A stretch of DNA of 63,592 nucleotides, counting the filler, from Octopus bimaculoides (lineage: Eukaryota), in NCBI RefSeq assembly GCF_001194135.2. It is 4 parts of 4 records of this genome, joined end to end, with 100 filler letters (N's around TTAATTAATTAA, not from the genome) between each part and the next. Parts side by side here need not be neighbours in the genome. Positions count along the whole stretch, not along the records: positions 1 to 24,038 come from NC_068998.1; positions 24,139 to 52,713 come from NC_068992.1; 2 more parts are not named here. One strand, written 5' to 3'. Positions 15,528-28,282 of the stretch are shown piece by piece. Position numbers and translations under genes: made by a program. Below the pieces are notes generated by a model that worked only from the letters and a program-made list of their open reading frames with translations, ran no database searches and was not told the DNA's origin. Within the stretch, counting starts at the first letter, position 1. Every line of letters starts with the position of its first letter.

Positions 15528-16317
15528 TTATCATTATTATTTAAAATTCTATATAAGATACTAGTGGTAACAACTAATGATGTTCTATCTACTTCTGTAA
15601 TATAAGCTTGGAGTTATGCATTAAAATTGTCCCCAGTAAGGAGCTATCCTTATCTGGTACATCATTACGGAGCCCCGTAGCAGGTTACTGCTAAAATGAA
15701 TGGAACATAAACTTGAGAATTAGGAAATGCGACCAATAAGGCCTAGCAACGTAAGTGACCTTATGACTCTTGTTCATCCGAAATGCACATTAAGTACTAA
15801 AAAGGATTTTATGAGAGATCTTTAATAAAGCAAGTGCGCTAAATTGTAAGCGCATCTTCAATCTGAGTAAAGTTTTACTTTCCTTCTACCGACTTCTCAA
15901 TCTGCCTATTTACATATTTGTGCATTAACCTATCGATGTATTTATCTTTCTCCTCCACTTCTCTCTGTATCCCCCTCTTTCTCCCTTTCTCTCTCTCTCT
16001 CTCTCTCTCTCTCCCTTCTATATGAACGTATGTTTGTACATGGGTATAAGCAAATTAGACACATGAATATATAAAGTATATTAAATACATTAAATACAAA
16101 ACATGTATATATGTATACATATGAAAAGGTTCGACGTACACAGAGTACAAATGACAGTAAATTAAAGGTGTAGAGGAAAGGTAATGCAAGTCGACTTTTA
16201 CATATGGGGATGGGTTCGAGTTAGATAGATAGATAAACAGACAGATAGACAGACAAATCGATAGATAGATAGATAATACCTATTTACCTACCTACCAACA
16301 TACATACATATATATCA

Positions 16318-16349
<32 letters not shown>

Positions 16350-16352
16350 AAG

Positions 16353-16383
<31 letters not shown>

Positions 16384-16974
16384 AGTAAATATATGTGACA
16401 ATTATTCGGTGGCCATGGCTACCGAATAATTGTCACATGTTATATTTACAGATAAATTCTTCTATTTACATAATATCGAGGTCTCTTTCATTCTTTTGTT
16501 GTTTTAACATTTCAATCNNNNNNNNNNNNNNNNNNNNNNNNNNNNNNNNNNNNNNNNNNNNNNNNNNNNNNNNNNNNNNNNNNNNNNNNNNNNNNNNNNN
16601 NNNNNNNNNNNNNNNNNNNNNNNNNNNNNNNNNNNNNNNNNNNNNNNNNNNNNNNNNNNNNNNNNNNNNNNNNNNNNNNNNNNNNNNNNNNNNNNNNNNN
16701 NNNNNNNNNNNNNNNNNNNNNNNNNNNNNNNNNNNNNNNNNNNNNNNNNNNNNNNNNNNNNNNNNNNNNNNNNNNNNNNNNNNNNNNNNNNNNNNNNNNN
16801 NNNNNNNNNNNNNNNNNNNNNNNNNNNNNNNNNNNNNNNNNNNNNNNNNNNNNNNNNNNNNNNNNNNNNNNNNNNNNNNNNNNNNNNNNNNNNNNNNNNN
16901 NNNNNNNNNNNNNNNNNNNNNNNNNNNNNNNNNNNNNNNNNNNNNNNNNNNNNNNNNNNNNNNNNNNNNNNNNN

Positions 16975-17050
<76 letters not shown>

Positions 17051-18655
17051 GAGAGAGAGAGAGTGAGAAAGAGAGATATACATACATACTTACATACATA
17101 CATACATACATACATAGATAATCATATATATGTATATGTGTGTGTGTATGCATGTACATATACATTTGTATATTCATATATGCATACATATATATATGCA
17201 TATATATAAACATATGCATAAATGTATATATGTGTTTGTGCGTTTATATATATAAACATACATGTACATAGTTTTGTATTTAGCAAACTATATATATCGT
17301 TTACAGAAAAACAAAAGAAGATAGGTATATACAACGGGCTTCTTTCAGTTTCTATCTATCAAATTCACTTGCAAGTCCACTTGGTTGACCCGAGGCTATA
17401 GCAGAAGACATTTGCCCAAGGAGCCACGCAGTGGACTGAACCCGCAACCATATGTTTGAGAAGCAAGCTTCTTAATACACAACCACGCCTGCACCTACAT
17501 ATATATTTTTTGGTGGGGTGGGGGTTGCCTTCTGATATGAATTCTCATATGTAGAATACAAATTCGCAAATTTTTTCTAAAAATCCCAAAAATTAAAAAT
17601 GTTATGAGGTATAATAAATGCGAGGCCAATGAGAAATTAGATGCCAATGTACATAACTAAACTAGTATACATCCAGCGCAAAGTATTTTACATTTTAAAT
17701 TTATTTATAACTACACAAGTTTATAATATATTAAACTTAATTTACATGTCTATACATGTCTAAACCGGGTTTATTTATTTCTTAGTTTTATATGTCATGT
17801 CAAAAATAGTTTGAGGTGCAGTATACGCAAATTAGGCAATTCTTAAATTAAAATATATATTTGTGTAACTTATTTAATAAATACATATACACAATTCATA
17901 GGCCAGTTGCTGCGGCATTTATCTTGAGATAACGTATCTTACGAATGTGCTGTGTTAAAAAATGCAATAGATATCAGAGGGAGACGAAAATACATTACAG
18001 CAGCGGCAAGCGGGAACGCTATCTGCATTTCGGTCTGTGGAACTTTTTCAATTGCACGTGCTGGCATCCAGTCATAGGCTCCGACAACAATCTTTTGCCT
18101 CCGATATAGGAAATAGCGAATAAATCATAAACTAATGCTGCGAATAGCCACTCGGTTGAATTAAAATCCGCTATAGGCAATTGAATAAGTATCAAATTAA
18201 ACTAGTTATCTGTGTATCATACGCAACGTATATACACAATTGATAGGACCAGATCAAATATTGCAGTAACTGCCTAAGAACGGTGTATATACAGTAAATA
18301 TAATATTTAGATAGCATGCTTAAAGTATGTATCCTTTATTACGGGAAATATAGCTGCAATAGTTTGGTGATCGAGTATAGGAAAAGCAGTTTTCTATTTG
18401 GCTCGCCGGACGTTTTTTCTACTCACATGGTTCTGTCCGACAGAGACAACAAATTCTTTGTTTATCTTTCGCATCAGTAGACTGTCTAGGCTAATGGAAT
18501 TGTTATAATATTCACTTTGGAATTAGAGGTTTTTTACCTTTTTTTTTCTTCTTTGTTACCTGTTTTTCTATTTTTTCTATTTTTGTGCGCTTTCTGCTTC
18601 AGAAAATGGAAAACAAGTCAAATGGAAATTAATTCTTACTTTTTGTATTATGAAT

Positions 18656-18692
<37 letters not shown>

Positions 18693-19340
18693 TGAGAGAG
18701 AGTGTGTGTGGAGCGCGCGCACGTGTTATGACTTTCTATGTACTGCATGTATAATCTTACATATTAATAAGTATATATACATTTGTATATTTGTATATAT
18801 AAGCACAAAGCACATACTCATTGACACACGTAAACACACACATGTATANNNNNNNNNNNNNNNNNNNNNNNNNNNNNNNNNNNNNNNNNNNNNNNNNNNN
18901 NNNNNNNNNNNNNNNNNNNNNNNNNNNNNNNNNNNNNNNNNNNNNNNNNNNNNNNNNNNNNNNNNNNNNNNNNNNNNNNNNNNNNNNNNNNNNNNNNNNN
19001 NNNNNNNNNNNNNNNNNNNNNNNNNNNNNNNNNNNNNNNNNNNNNNNNNNNNNNNNNNNNNNNNNNNNNNNNNNNNNNNNNNNNNNNNNNNNNNNNNNNN
19101 NNNNNNNNNNNNNNNNNNNNNNNNNNNNNNNNNNNNNNNNNNNNNNNNNNNNNNNNNNNNNNNNNNNNNNNNNNNNNNNNNNNNNNNNNNNNNNNNNNNN
19201 NNNNNNNNNNNNNNNNNNNNNNNNNNNNNNNNNNNNNNNNNNNNNNNNNNNNNNNNNNNNNNNNNNNNNNNNNNNNNNNNNNNNNNNNNNNNNNNNNNNN
19301 NNNNNNNNNNNNNNNNNNNNNNNNNNNNNNNNNNNNNNNN

Positions 19341-19418
<78 letters not shown>

Positions 19419-19931
19419 CTGTGTGTTTGTGTTTGCGTGTGTGCGCACATCATGGATATAGACAGATGCACACTCAGTCATATTCAAAAATATACACGCA
19501 CACATACATACATAAGCACACACATACATACTGAAACATTTATACTCATAAACTCACGCACGCACACAAATTCACATAGGCGCAGTTGTGGGCTGTATGG
19601 TAAAAGTTTCCTTCCTAACCACATGGTTCCGTGTTCAGTCCCACTGCATGTCACCTTCGGCAAATGTCTTCTACAATCTCCACAGGCCGATCAAAGCCTT
19701 GAGAGTGAATGTGATAATATATATATACACATACATAGTTCACTACGCCATAACCGTTAAATGTAAATAATGTAAATAACATGAATGCATACATACATAT
19801 ATACATACATACATACATACACCAACAAGGGACAGAAAGAAAAGCCAAATACATTGAAAGACGATGCTCCTTCATGGCCCTACCCTTTGAATGAATCCAG
19901 CAAATGATTATACATACATATACACACACAC

Positions 19932-19964
<33 letters not shown>

Positions 19965-21326
19965 TGTATGTATGAATGTATAATATACAGGCGCTTTATC
20001 AGCATATTACAAGGGATATACTCAACACGTACATTTGAAATTTGAAATTTAAATTTAAACTTTAATTATAACTTATATATATATATACATATATATATAA
20101 GAGTATATATACATACATACATACATGCACGCCCACGGACATAAGTACGACATGTCTTCTTCCATTTGTTCCTGTGCGTCACTCTAATACAGCTTCTTTT
20201 TTGTTCCCTCACCTATATCAATCTTTCATTTTTTGTTTTTTTTTATATATAATTTTGAACCGTATAACAACATATATACAATCCACCCATAATCATACAA
20301 TATTTTTTCGAAATATATTGTTTCCCAAACTATGTCAGCTAATGTGTGAGTTACTTAAGATGGTGGGCTACAGTTAGAAAGAGATGTGGCAATTTTTTAT
20401 AGTGCCTGTTATATATTTGAGGTAACAGTAATAGGTTTATTGATGAAAGAGAAATTATAACATTATGAATTTTACAAATCAAACGCAACTTATTTACCTA
20501 ATATTGCCAACGATTCTATGAAAATCTATCTTTTTAATGCAGCGGCCATTTTGTTTAAGTTTCAAACTGTCAGTGCAATGTTGAATATTACGGTAATAAA
20601 AGAAGAACCGAAGATCGAACGTTTTAGTTTAGTTCATTCAGCTACATTACAACTCTAATAACACTGAATCACTGCACATCAGAACTTTACAGCAAGAACT
20701 AAAATATCGACAGCAACGGCATCCACAGAAATAACAAGAACCACAGTCAAAATGACTGAAGCAGACGATCAAAATAGGCTGACAGTATTATACACAATTC
20801 CACTATTACTACCACCATCATCATTTTCCTCTCATCAACTGATTCGACTCATTTAATGAAATTGGTCTTGAGGCGAGTTAAAAACGATCAATATTGGATA
20901 AAAGCAGACGAGTTGGAGGTTGTAACATATGCAGTTAGCCTGACTACATGTAATGCATGCAATATGGTGTCGTTCTCGGTGCTAATCATTTTAAATGTCA
21001 TTACGTCAGTCGGTCTTTAGATATCAACATGGTGTTCTTATGTGCAATAGTCGCTTCGATCGATATTTCTGTTTACCAGTTTTTGTATGTTTTTTTGGCT
21101 TTTGTTTTTTTGGGGGCTTTTTTTTTCACACTTCAGCTTTTTAAAATGGTCTTTGTTTTAGAAAACTGACGAATTTAAAATAAATATAGAACAACAAATA
21201 AAATGAGGAAATGCAGAAGTGAAATGGAACCGGCAAAGAATAATGGAATTAGAGGAATATCTTAAAACAAAAGTAACCGAAAGCTTTTCCACTGGTATAA
21301 TGCTGTTTCTAATAATAATAATAATC

Positions 21327-21376
<50 letters not shown>

Positions 21377-21380
<4 letters not shown>

Positions 21381-21480
21381 GTCAGTTGTTTGACCTTAAC
21401 CAGTTGAGCATGTCCTTTAGTGGCTGACGATATGTGCATCTCTGATCATGAGCAGAAGTAGTGGGGGAGCATCATAGCGT
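21377..21480 (+). mobile_element. Fragment of the 33215-33781 element
   Basis: Near-identical ~100 nt directly after a long (AAT)n tract. Confidence 0.6.
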
Positions 21481-21850
21481 AGTTCTTTTTTAATCTAAAA
21501 TATACTCTTCGTCATTTTCTACAATGCTCTTTCATTAATCTGGAAGATTTGCAAGGCCCCTCTTCCAAAATTCACTTGTCCGTCTCGAAAAAGTCTCCTC
21601 CAGTACTCTTCTGACCTCGAACCTACACTTAAATGGCTTGCAACCCATCCTATTACAAAGCATATATTAACACAGCAACCACAAATCTACTGCGACATAA
21701 ATGTGCGACACTAAACATTGTATAGCGCCTGCTTACATGAAGAAAATATATTCCAATAAAACAGTTTTATCGCATTATTTCATTTGCACATAAACCAGAC
21801 AACAATAAATGTAAAGGATATATAAATGGAAAAAACTGTGATAGACTTAC

Positions 21851-21957
21851 CCAAACCAGATAAAAATCAACAACGCCACAATTAAAGCCACTGTGGAGAC
21901 ACAGAATCCGAAATGGTAGATGATACTGATCACGTTGAAATCTTCGTGGACATGGTG
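21851..21957 (-). CDS. Class B1 GPCR, TM1 exon (same gene)
   Basis: Acceptor tctctttcAG and donor GTaagt. 107 nt = 35 codons + 2 nt: HHVHEDFNVISIIYHFGFCVSTVALIVALLIFIWF. Resembles class B TM1 (IxYxGxCxSxxALxxAxxIF) and splices in frame (GG|G) to 14859-14985. Confidence 0.92.
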
Positions 21958-22238
21958 CTGAAAGAGACGCCATGAATTTATAAATAAATAAGTANNNNNN
22001 NNNNNNNNNNNNNNNNNNNNNNNNNNNNNNNNNNNNNNNNNNNNNNNNNNNNNNNNNNNNNNNNNNNNNNNNNNNNNNNNNNNNNNNNNNNNNNNNNNNN
22101 NNNNNNNNNNNNNNNNNNNNNNNNNNNNNNNNNNNNNNNNNNNNNNNNNNNNNNNNNNNNNNNNNNNNNNNNNNNNNNNNNNNNNNNNNNTATATATATA
22201 TATATATATATATACATACATATACATATGCATAGATA

Positions 22239-22286
<48 letters not shown>

Positions 22287-22884
22287 TAGATGTGTATATA
22301 AATATATATAAATAAAAAAAAATATATGTATATGTATTTATACGTATACAATATATACATACATACATGTATTAAAGAATTTGGAGTAATCGAGAGACTA
22401 GAAATACTTCGCTTCTAACAGTGAAACTCGAAGCAGATAACGTTATAAATAATAGCGTGTAGACTATCACGTTAAGAAAAAAAGACTTTCGATTAGAAAG
22501 TTTATTATATATAGATCTATTTACTTCGTGCTCCACCGTTAAAAATGAATTCTCTTTCTTTATATATATATGCCTGTGTGTGTACGTTAATTAGAAAATA
22601 ACATAAATAGAATTCAAGATGAAAATATGCATAGACTCCCCAATGATACACGTAAGTAAGATGACCTACTTCCTTCGCTCAACTTAGAGCCCTTAATTAG
22701 TAAAACTGTGGCTGTCCAACCTATAACTAGTCATTTTTGATATTCTCTACTGTGTCTCTAACAAGCCATTGCGTTCACCACGGGTGACTGCTTCTGCCTA
22801 TACCACAACGACCGTCTGTCATCACAACCCAACCCGTCTGAGACCACCTTTATCTCTCTGATACAAGTTTCTTGTTTTAAGTAA

Positions 22885-23020
22885 CATTAATTAAAACATT
22901 CCACCAAAACGTCGTCAGATTAATAATGACAGTAATTTTACTAAATTCTTTCATTAATTTTATAATTAATTGAAACAAAAGCAGTGTATTTCAACAGTAA
23001 TATTGTAATAGAAGGGTTAA
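22885..23020 (-). mobile_element. Possible piggyBac-like non-autonomous terminus
   Basis: Minus strand begins TTAACCCTTCTATTAC; weak. Confidence 0.3.
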
Positions 23021-23270
23021 TTAATAGTGTCTGGAAATATTCAGAGGAAATAATCAGAGGAAATATTCATCACAGAAATACGAACACACAGACTCACAAA
23101 AACACTCACTTTGCATATTAAATCTTTGTCCATTGTTCGTTCGAAACTTAGTGATTATTTGATGACGACGTCAGATCGAAACGATAGTTGTCCCAGTTTA
23201 TAGATTAAAACAGAAATTATGAGACTCTATAATTATCAATCCTTTTTATCTATCCGTTTATCTATCCGTT

Positions 23271-23315
<45 letters not shown>

Positions 23316-23827
23316 ATGTGTGAGGGTGCTTGCGCTCGTGCGCCTTCGGTTCTAAATCTCTGAGTGTGGGTATGCGTGCGTGTATGCGTGTGTATGTGTG
23401 TGTGCGAGTGTGTGTGTGTGTGTATGTGTGCTTGTGCTCTTGCACCTTCGGATCTAAATATCTGATTCTGTGTGTGTGCCTGCACGCGCGAGTGTGTGTG
23501 TTTGTGTGTGTGTGTGTGTGTGTGTCTGAGTACTTGTGCAATTGGGGACCAATTTTATAATTAAATTCATCACATAGCGCCATGCAGTTTTCTAAATCCA
23601 TAACAGTGATCTTCAATATAGTTACAAAGAATGTAGAGGTAGCAATACATTTATTACATTGCTTCCTCTGCATCTTATCTAATGAGATACGGTAGTTTTA
23701 AGAAAACATGACATTAATGGAATTACATTGTGACCTACTCATACACAATAACCTAGTCCCTTCCGAGCTAGTACTGAACATCCATTATTTTAGTGTCTTT
23801 CAAATAGAAAACCACTTCTCGTTATAC

Positions 23828-23867
<40 letters not shown>

Positions 23868-24038
23868 ACAGGAGTAGCGATGGTTCAAAAATCGACTCTA
23901 CGACTTGTTTCGTTTTCCAAGTTCGGTTTTGTTTCTATCAGTCTTCGTTTTTACCTAACTGTTAAGTCACAGTGACGTAAACAAGCTAGCTCAGATTGTC
24001 AATCAGTTGAGGGGGACACCAACACACACACACACACA

Positions 24039-24138
24039 NNNNNNNNNNNNNNNNNNNNNNNNNNNNNNNNNNNNNNNNNNNNTTAATTAATTAANNNNNN
24101 NNNNNNNNNNNNNNNNNNNNNNNNNNNNNNNNNNNNNN
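24039..24138. other. Scaffolding spacer 44N-TTAATTAATTAA-44N (also 52714-52813 and 61630-61729)
   Basis: Identical 100-nt layout three times; the 12-mer places stop codons in all six frames. Confidence 0.95.
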
Positions 24139-24244
24139 ATATATATATATATAAAACAATAACAAAAAAACAAAAAAACAACAAAGTGAGGACGTGATAT
24201 GGATAGTATTATTGGACGCTCAGGAAAGGAAAGAGAGAGTGTAT

Positions 24245-24271
24245 GACGTTTCGGGCGTAGCCCTTCGTCGG
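24245..24271 (-). ncRNA. Minimal hammerhead-like relic (Penelope-type)
   Basis: CCGACGA-A-GGGC-TAC-GCCC-GAAAC-GTC; U4 is replaced by C. The downstream flank recurs at 28285-28370. Confidence 0.45.
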
Positions 24272-24301
24272 AAAGATGGAAAGTTCGGAGAATGGAAGAA
24301 C

Positions 24302-24381
24302 GGAGAAAGAGGAAAATGGTACCGATGCCCACCAGGTTACATTATGAAAAGCCTTCTTTGGTACCATTTTCCTCTTTCTCC
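24302..24381. repeat. 22-bp perfect inverted repeat with 36-nt spacer
   Basis: GGAGAAAGAGGAAAATGGTACC (24302-24323) and its reverse complement (24360-24381). Confidence 0.93.
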
Positions 24382-25009
24382 ATATACATACATATATATA
24401 TATATATTGGTATGTATGTATATATATATGAATATGTATATATATATATCCATAATATGAGAGAAAGAGAGATAGAGAGAGAGAAGGTGACAGTGTGTGT
24501 ATGTGTGTGTGTAAGAGAGAGAGAGTTGGGGAGAGAGAGCGAGCGAGAGAGAACGTGTGTTTGTGTGAATTTTTATAACAATGAAATCATTAGTTTTCAA
24601 TTTCTTTTACTTTTTGAATATTGTCCTATACTGTAAGGCAGTGAATTTTGAAAACTAGTATTCACTTCGTCATTAAATGCAGAAGAATTTAATATACGCA
24701 TTATTAGAATTTCTATGTGTATGTCACATCTTCTGATATTACACTTGGTGACGAAAGTATAGTTTCAAAGTTATCTCTCACGTGGCGGGTGACACTCTAG
24801 TCTAATATTTTGTTTTTTTCCTTTTTCTAAGGACTGGGTGTGTTATTAGTCGGATTCGGCCTACTTCCTTCCACGTGGTACTAAAAATCCTATAGAGGCA
24901 GCGACGTTAGCTCATTAAATGCTAATTATTTGATTAGGTAAGTAGTCAATTTGCATGGGTCATCGACCGACCGTATTGAATTATAAATGCTATGAGCAAC
25001 ATACAATAC

Positions 25010-25440
25010 TTTCTACTCTAGACACAAGGCGCGAAATTTTTGTGGAGGGGTCCAGTCGATTAGATCGACCCAGTATGCAACTGGTACTTAATTTATCGAC
25101 CCCGAAATGATGAAAGGCAAAGTTGACCTCGGTGGAATTTGGACTCAGAACGTAAAGACAGACGAAATACCGTTAAGCATTTTACTCGGCGTGCTAACGT
25201 TTCTTATTTCTTTATTGCCCACAAGGGGCTACACATAGAGGTGACAAACAAGGACAGACAAAAGGATTAAGTCGATTACATCGACCCCAGTGCGTAACTG
25301 GTACTTAATTTATCGATCCCGAAAGGATGAAAGGCAAAGTCGACCTCGGCGGAATTTGAACTCAGAACGTAACGGTAGACGAAATACCGCTAAGTATTTC
25401 GCCCGGCGCGCTAATGTTTCTGCCAGCTCGCCGCCTTATG
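25010..25440 (-). mobile_element. SINE family A, dimeric form
   Basis: Two A monomers joined via ...GGGCAATAAAGAAATAAGAAACGTTAGCACG; A box TGGCAGAAAC and B box GAGTTCAAATTCC. Confidence 0.88.
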
Positions 25441-25514
25441 AGTACAATATAATGTATCTCATGAAGTCAAACACATTGTATAATGACTTCAGTACAGCAC
25501 ACTGTCGTCAAAAA

Positions 25515-25707
25515 ATGCTTAGCGGTATTTCGTCTGCCGCTACGTTCTGAGTTCAAATTCCGCCGAGGTCGACTTTGCCTTTCATCCTTTCGGGGTCGAT
25601 TAAATAAGTACCAGTTACGCACTGGGGTCGATATAATCAACTTAATCCGTTTGTCTGTCTTTGTTTATCCCCTCTGTGTGTAGCCCCTTGTGGGTAGTAA
25701 AGAAATA
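25515..25707 (+). mobile_element. 5'-truncated SINE A monomer with 16-bp target-site duplication
   Basis: ACACTGTCGTCAAAAA at 25499-25514 and 25708-25723. Confidence 0.9.
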
Positions 25708-25780
25708 ACACTGTCGTCAAAAACGGGAAAATATTACTCCCATTAATAATAATTTTTGTTTCTTACATAAAGCCAGTATA

Positions 25781-26545
25781 CTGGCAGAAACTTTAGCACA
25801 CTGGGCAAAATGCTTAGCTGTATTTCGTCTGTCTTTACATTCTGAGCTCAAATTCCGCTGAGGTCGACTTTTCCTTTCATCCTTTTGGGGTCGATAAATT
25901 AAGTACCAGTTGCGTACTGGGGTCGACGTAATCGACTTAATCTTTTTGTCTGTCCTTGTTTATCCTCTCTATGTTTAGCCCCTTGAAGGCAATAAAGAAA
26001 TAAGAGAATCGTTTGCATGCCGAGCAAAATGCTTAGCGGCATTTTGTCGGTCCTTACGTTCTGAGTTCAAATTTCAGGGTTGATGAAATGAGTACCAGTT
26101 GCGCGCTGGGGTTGATGTAATGGACTTACTCCCTCTCGCAAAGTTGTTGGCCTTCTGGTAAATTTTGAAACCAACATTCAAAGAGGCGATCTGGTACAAT
26201 CGCTACTACACTAAAAAAAATGCTTACTGGCATGTTTCTCGACCTCAAGTTCTGAGTTCAATTATCAATAGGGTTGACTTTGCCTTTCATTCTTTTGGCA
26301 GACAATATGATAAATACCAGCTGTTTAGTGGGATCGATGCAGTCAATTACCCTCCTTCCCTGATAATGCTGGCGTTGTGCCAGAATTTGAAGCCATTAAT
26401 AATTCCTGTTTCTTATATAAATCCGGTGAGCTTGCAGAATTGGAAGCACGGTGATCAAAAATCTTAGTGACACTCCTTCCGTGTCGCTACGTACTGAGTT
26501 CAAATTCACCCGTGATCAATTTCATCTTTTCGGGATCGATAAAAT
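25781..26545 (+). mobile_element. Cluster of SINE A copies (dimer at 25781-26170 plus older copies)
   Basis: Repeated A-family head and body motifs of increasing divergence. Confidence 0.8.
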
Positions 26546-27122
26546 AATAGAGTAACGACAACAAATCCATAAGGGCGGCATCCATGGTTGTGCAATCAGC
26601 TGATGAATGATTTACAATTGGCTGACGATAGAAAGTCATCGGAATCCGTGAAAACAGTACGACCGAAGAAGATAATTTTTAAACTTCAAAATGTCAATGA
26701 TGTGACAGTTAGTTTTTGAGAATGGTTTTGTAGATATGTGTGTAAGGCTAGATTTAAATGCTGAAGTGTTAAGATACTGAGCCGACGTTAAAATGTCGGG
26801 AAAAAATGCTTTGTGATAATAATTCCGACTCAAATCGGGTTGAGATCAATTTAGCTTTCATACCACCGTGGTCGATAAAATAAAGGACCAGTAAAGGATT
26901 AAGGTCGATATAATATATTCACCATCTCCCCACAAAATTAGAGGTTTTGTGCCAATATTAGAAATAAATGATTTCTTACATAGGCACCCGAGGAGGGATT
27001 TTGATGGAATTGCAGCACATACATATATACGTATGCATGTATGTACGTAAGCAAGAATGTATGTGTATGTATAGACATGCGTATGTGAGCGCTTTTGTAT
27101 GTCCTTTGTGAATGAGACAGTG

Positions 27123-27162
<40 letters not shown>

Positions 27163-27779
27163 CATATACACTCACACACAAACTTTCAACAAGGCAACAA
27201 ACTCTTAACATATATATATATAGAGCACACACATTGTTTAAATTAGTATCAACAGCCGCTTTATTTATCGAAACGAACCACATGATCCAAGTCTTAAATT
27301 ATACATTATGCATTCAAAAAAAGTATATAAATAGTCTACTTGGGTGTGCGCTGCATAATAATAACATAACAAAACGAGATATGGACGTGAACGTTGTTGT
27401 AGAAAGATACGTGGTTGAATAATTATTTTGTAAAATGCGTGATAAAATTCATAAGATCGGGTTTCGACACATTTCGCCAAAACATCATTCAGTGTAAACT
27501 CATGTTGTTACAAACATGTTTAATTTGTGTCAGTAGAAGGACTTCTACTTTCATTTACAACTCCTTATCAGCCTGTTGCCTGGCGCACAAAAAATATAAA
27601 AAAACACACTATTTCATTCAAGCACAAGTTAGCGTACTTCTATAATTTCTAGCTTCATGTTTCTCGCATGAAGTGAGTGAAAAAATATTATCAAATTTTC
27701 AAATCCTAAAGTCAAGACTGTCACGAACTTTTGTTATTTTTTATTTATGTGCCCTTTCAAAGACTCATGAATAGCAAAA

Positions 27780-28049
27780 TAGCCAGGCTCATAGGCCCAG
27801 TTTCCTGGTTTCTATGGCGTATGTGTTCCCCCCAGCTGGACGGGACGCCAGTCCATCGTAGCGTTACTCAAGAAAAAAAGAGTGAGAGAAAGAGTACAAC
27901 AGGGGCCACTACCACCCTCTGCCGGAGCCTTGTGGAACTTTAGGTGTTTTCGCTCAAATAAACACTCACAACGCCCGGTCTGGGAATCGAAACTGCGATC
28001 GGTGGATCGCGAGTCCGCTTCCCTAACCACTGGGCCATTGCGCCTCTAC
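27780..28049 (-). mobile_element. SINE family B with alternative tail T2
   Basis: Same head and body as 2188-2566; tail CGATGGACTGGCGTCCCGTCCAGCTGG...GAAACCAGGAAACTGGGCCTATGAGCCTGG. Confidence 0.85.
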
Positions 28050-28240
28050 GTGAACCTTTGTAGTAGTTGATTAATCATTAATTTAAGTGGTTATCATCAA
28101 ACGTGTTTTAACTATGAGAGTTAGACATAATTAGCAGTTGCAGTCGACATGGCGTGGAAGGTTACGACAGCGTGTGCATACACACATACATACATACATG
28201 CACACGTACATACACACGTATATGTGTGTATATATATATG

Positions 28241-28282
<42 letters not shown>

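Noticed and set aside
23155-23200. TTGATGA...GAAAC...GTC as a hammerhead
   Set aside because: Core C3 is mutated, stem II and helix I are weak; at best a highly decayed relic.
23326-23470. Two ~45-bp units about 102 bp apart in a CA/TG tract as a CRISPR-like or coding repeat
   Set aside because: Only two diverged units within a microsatellite; an ordinary local duplication in a eukaryotic context.
24083-24094. TTAATTAATTAA islands inside N runs (also 52758-52769 and 61674-61685) as a recurring motif
   Set aside because: The identical 44N+12+44N layout marks an artificial six-frame-stop scaffold spacer.
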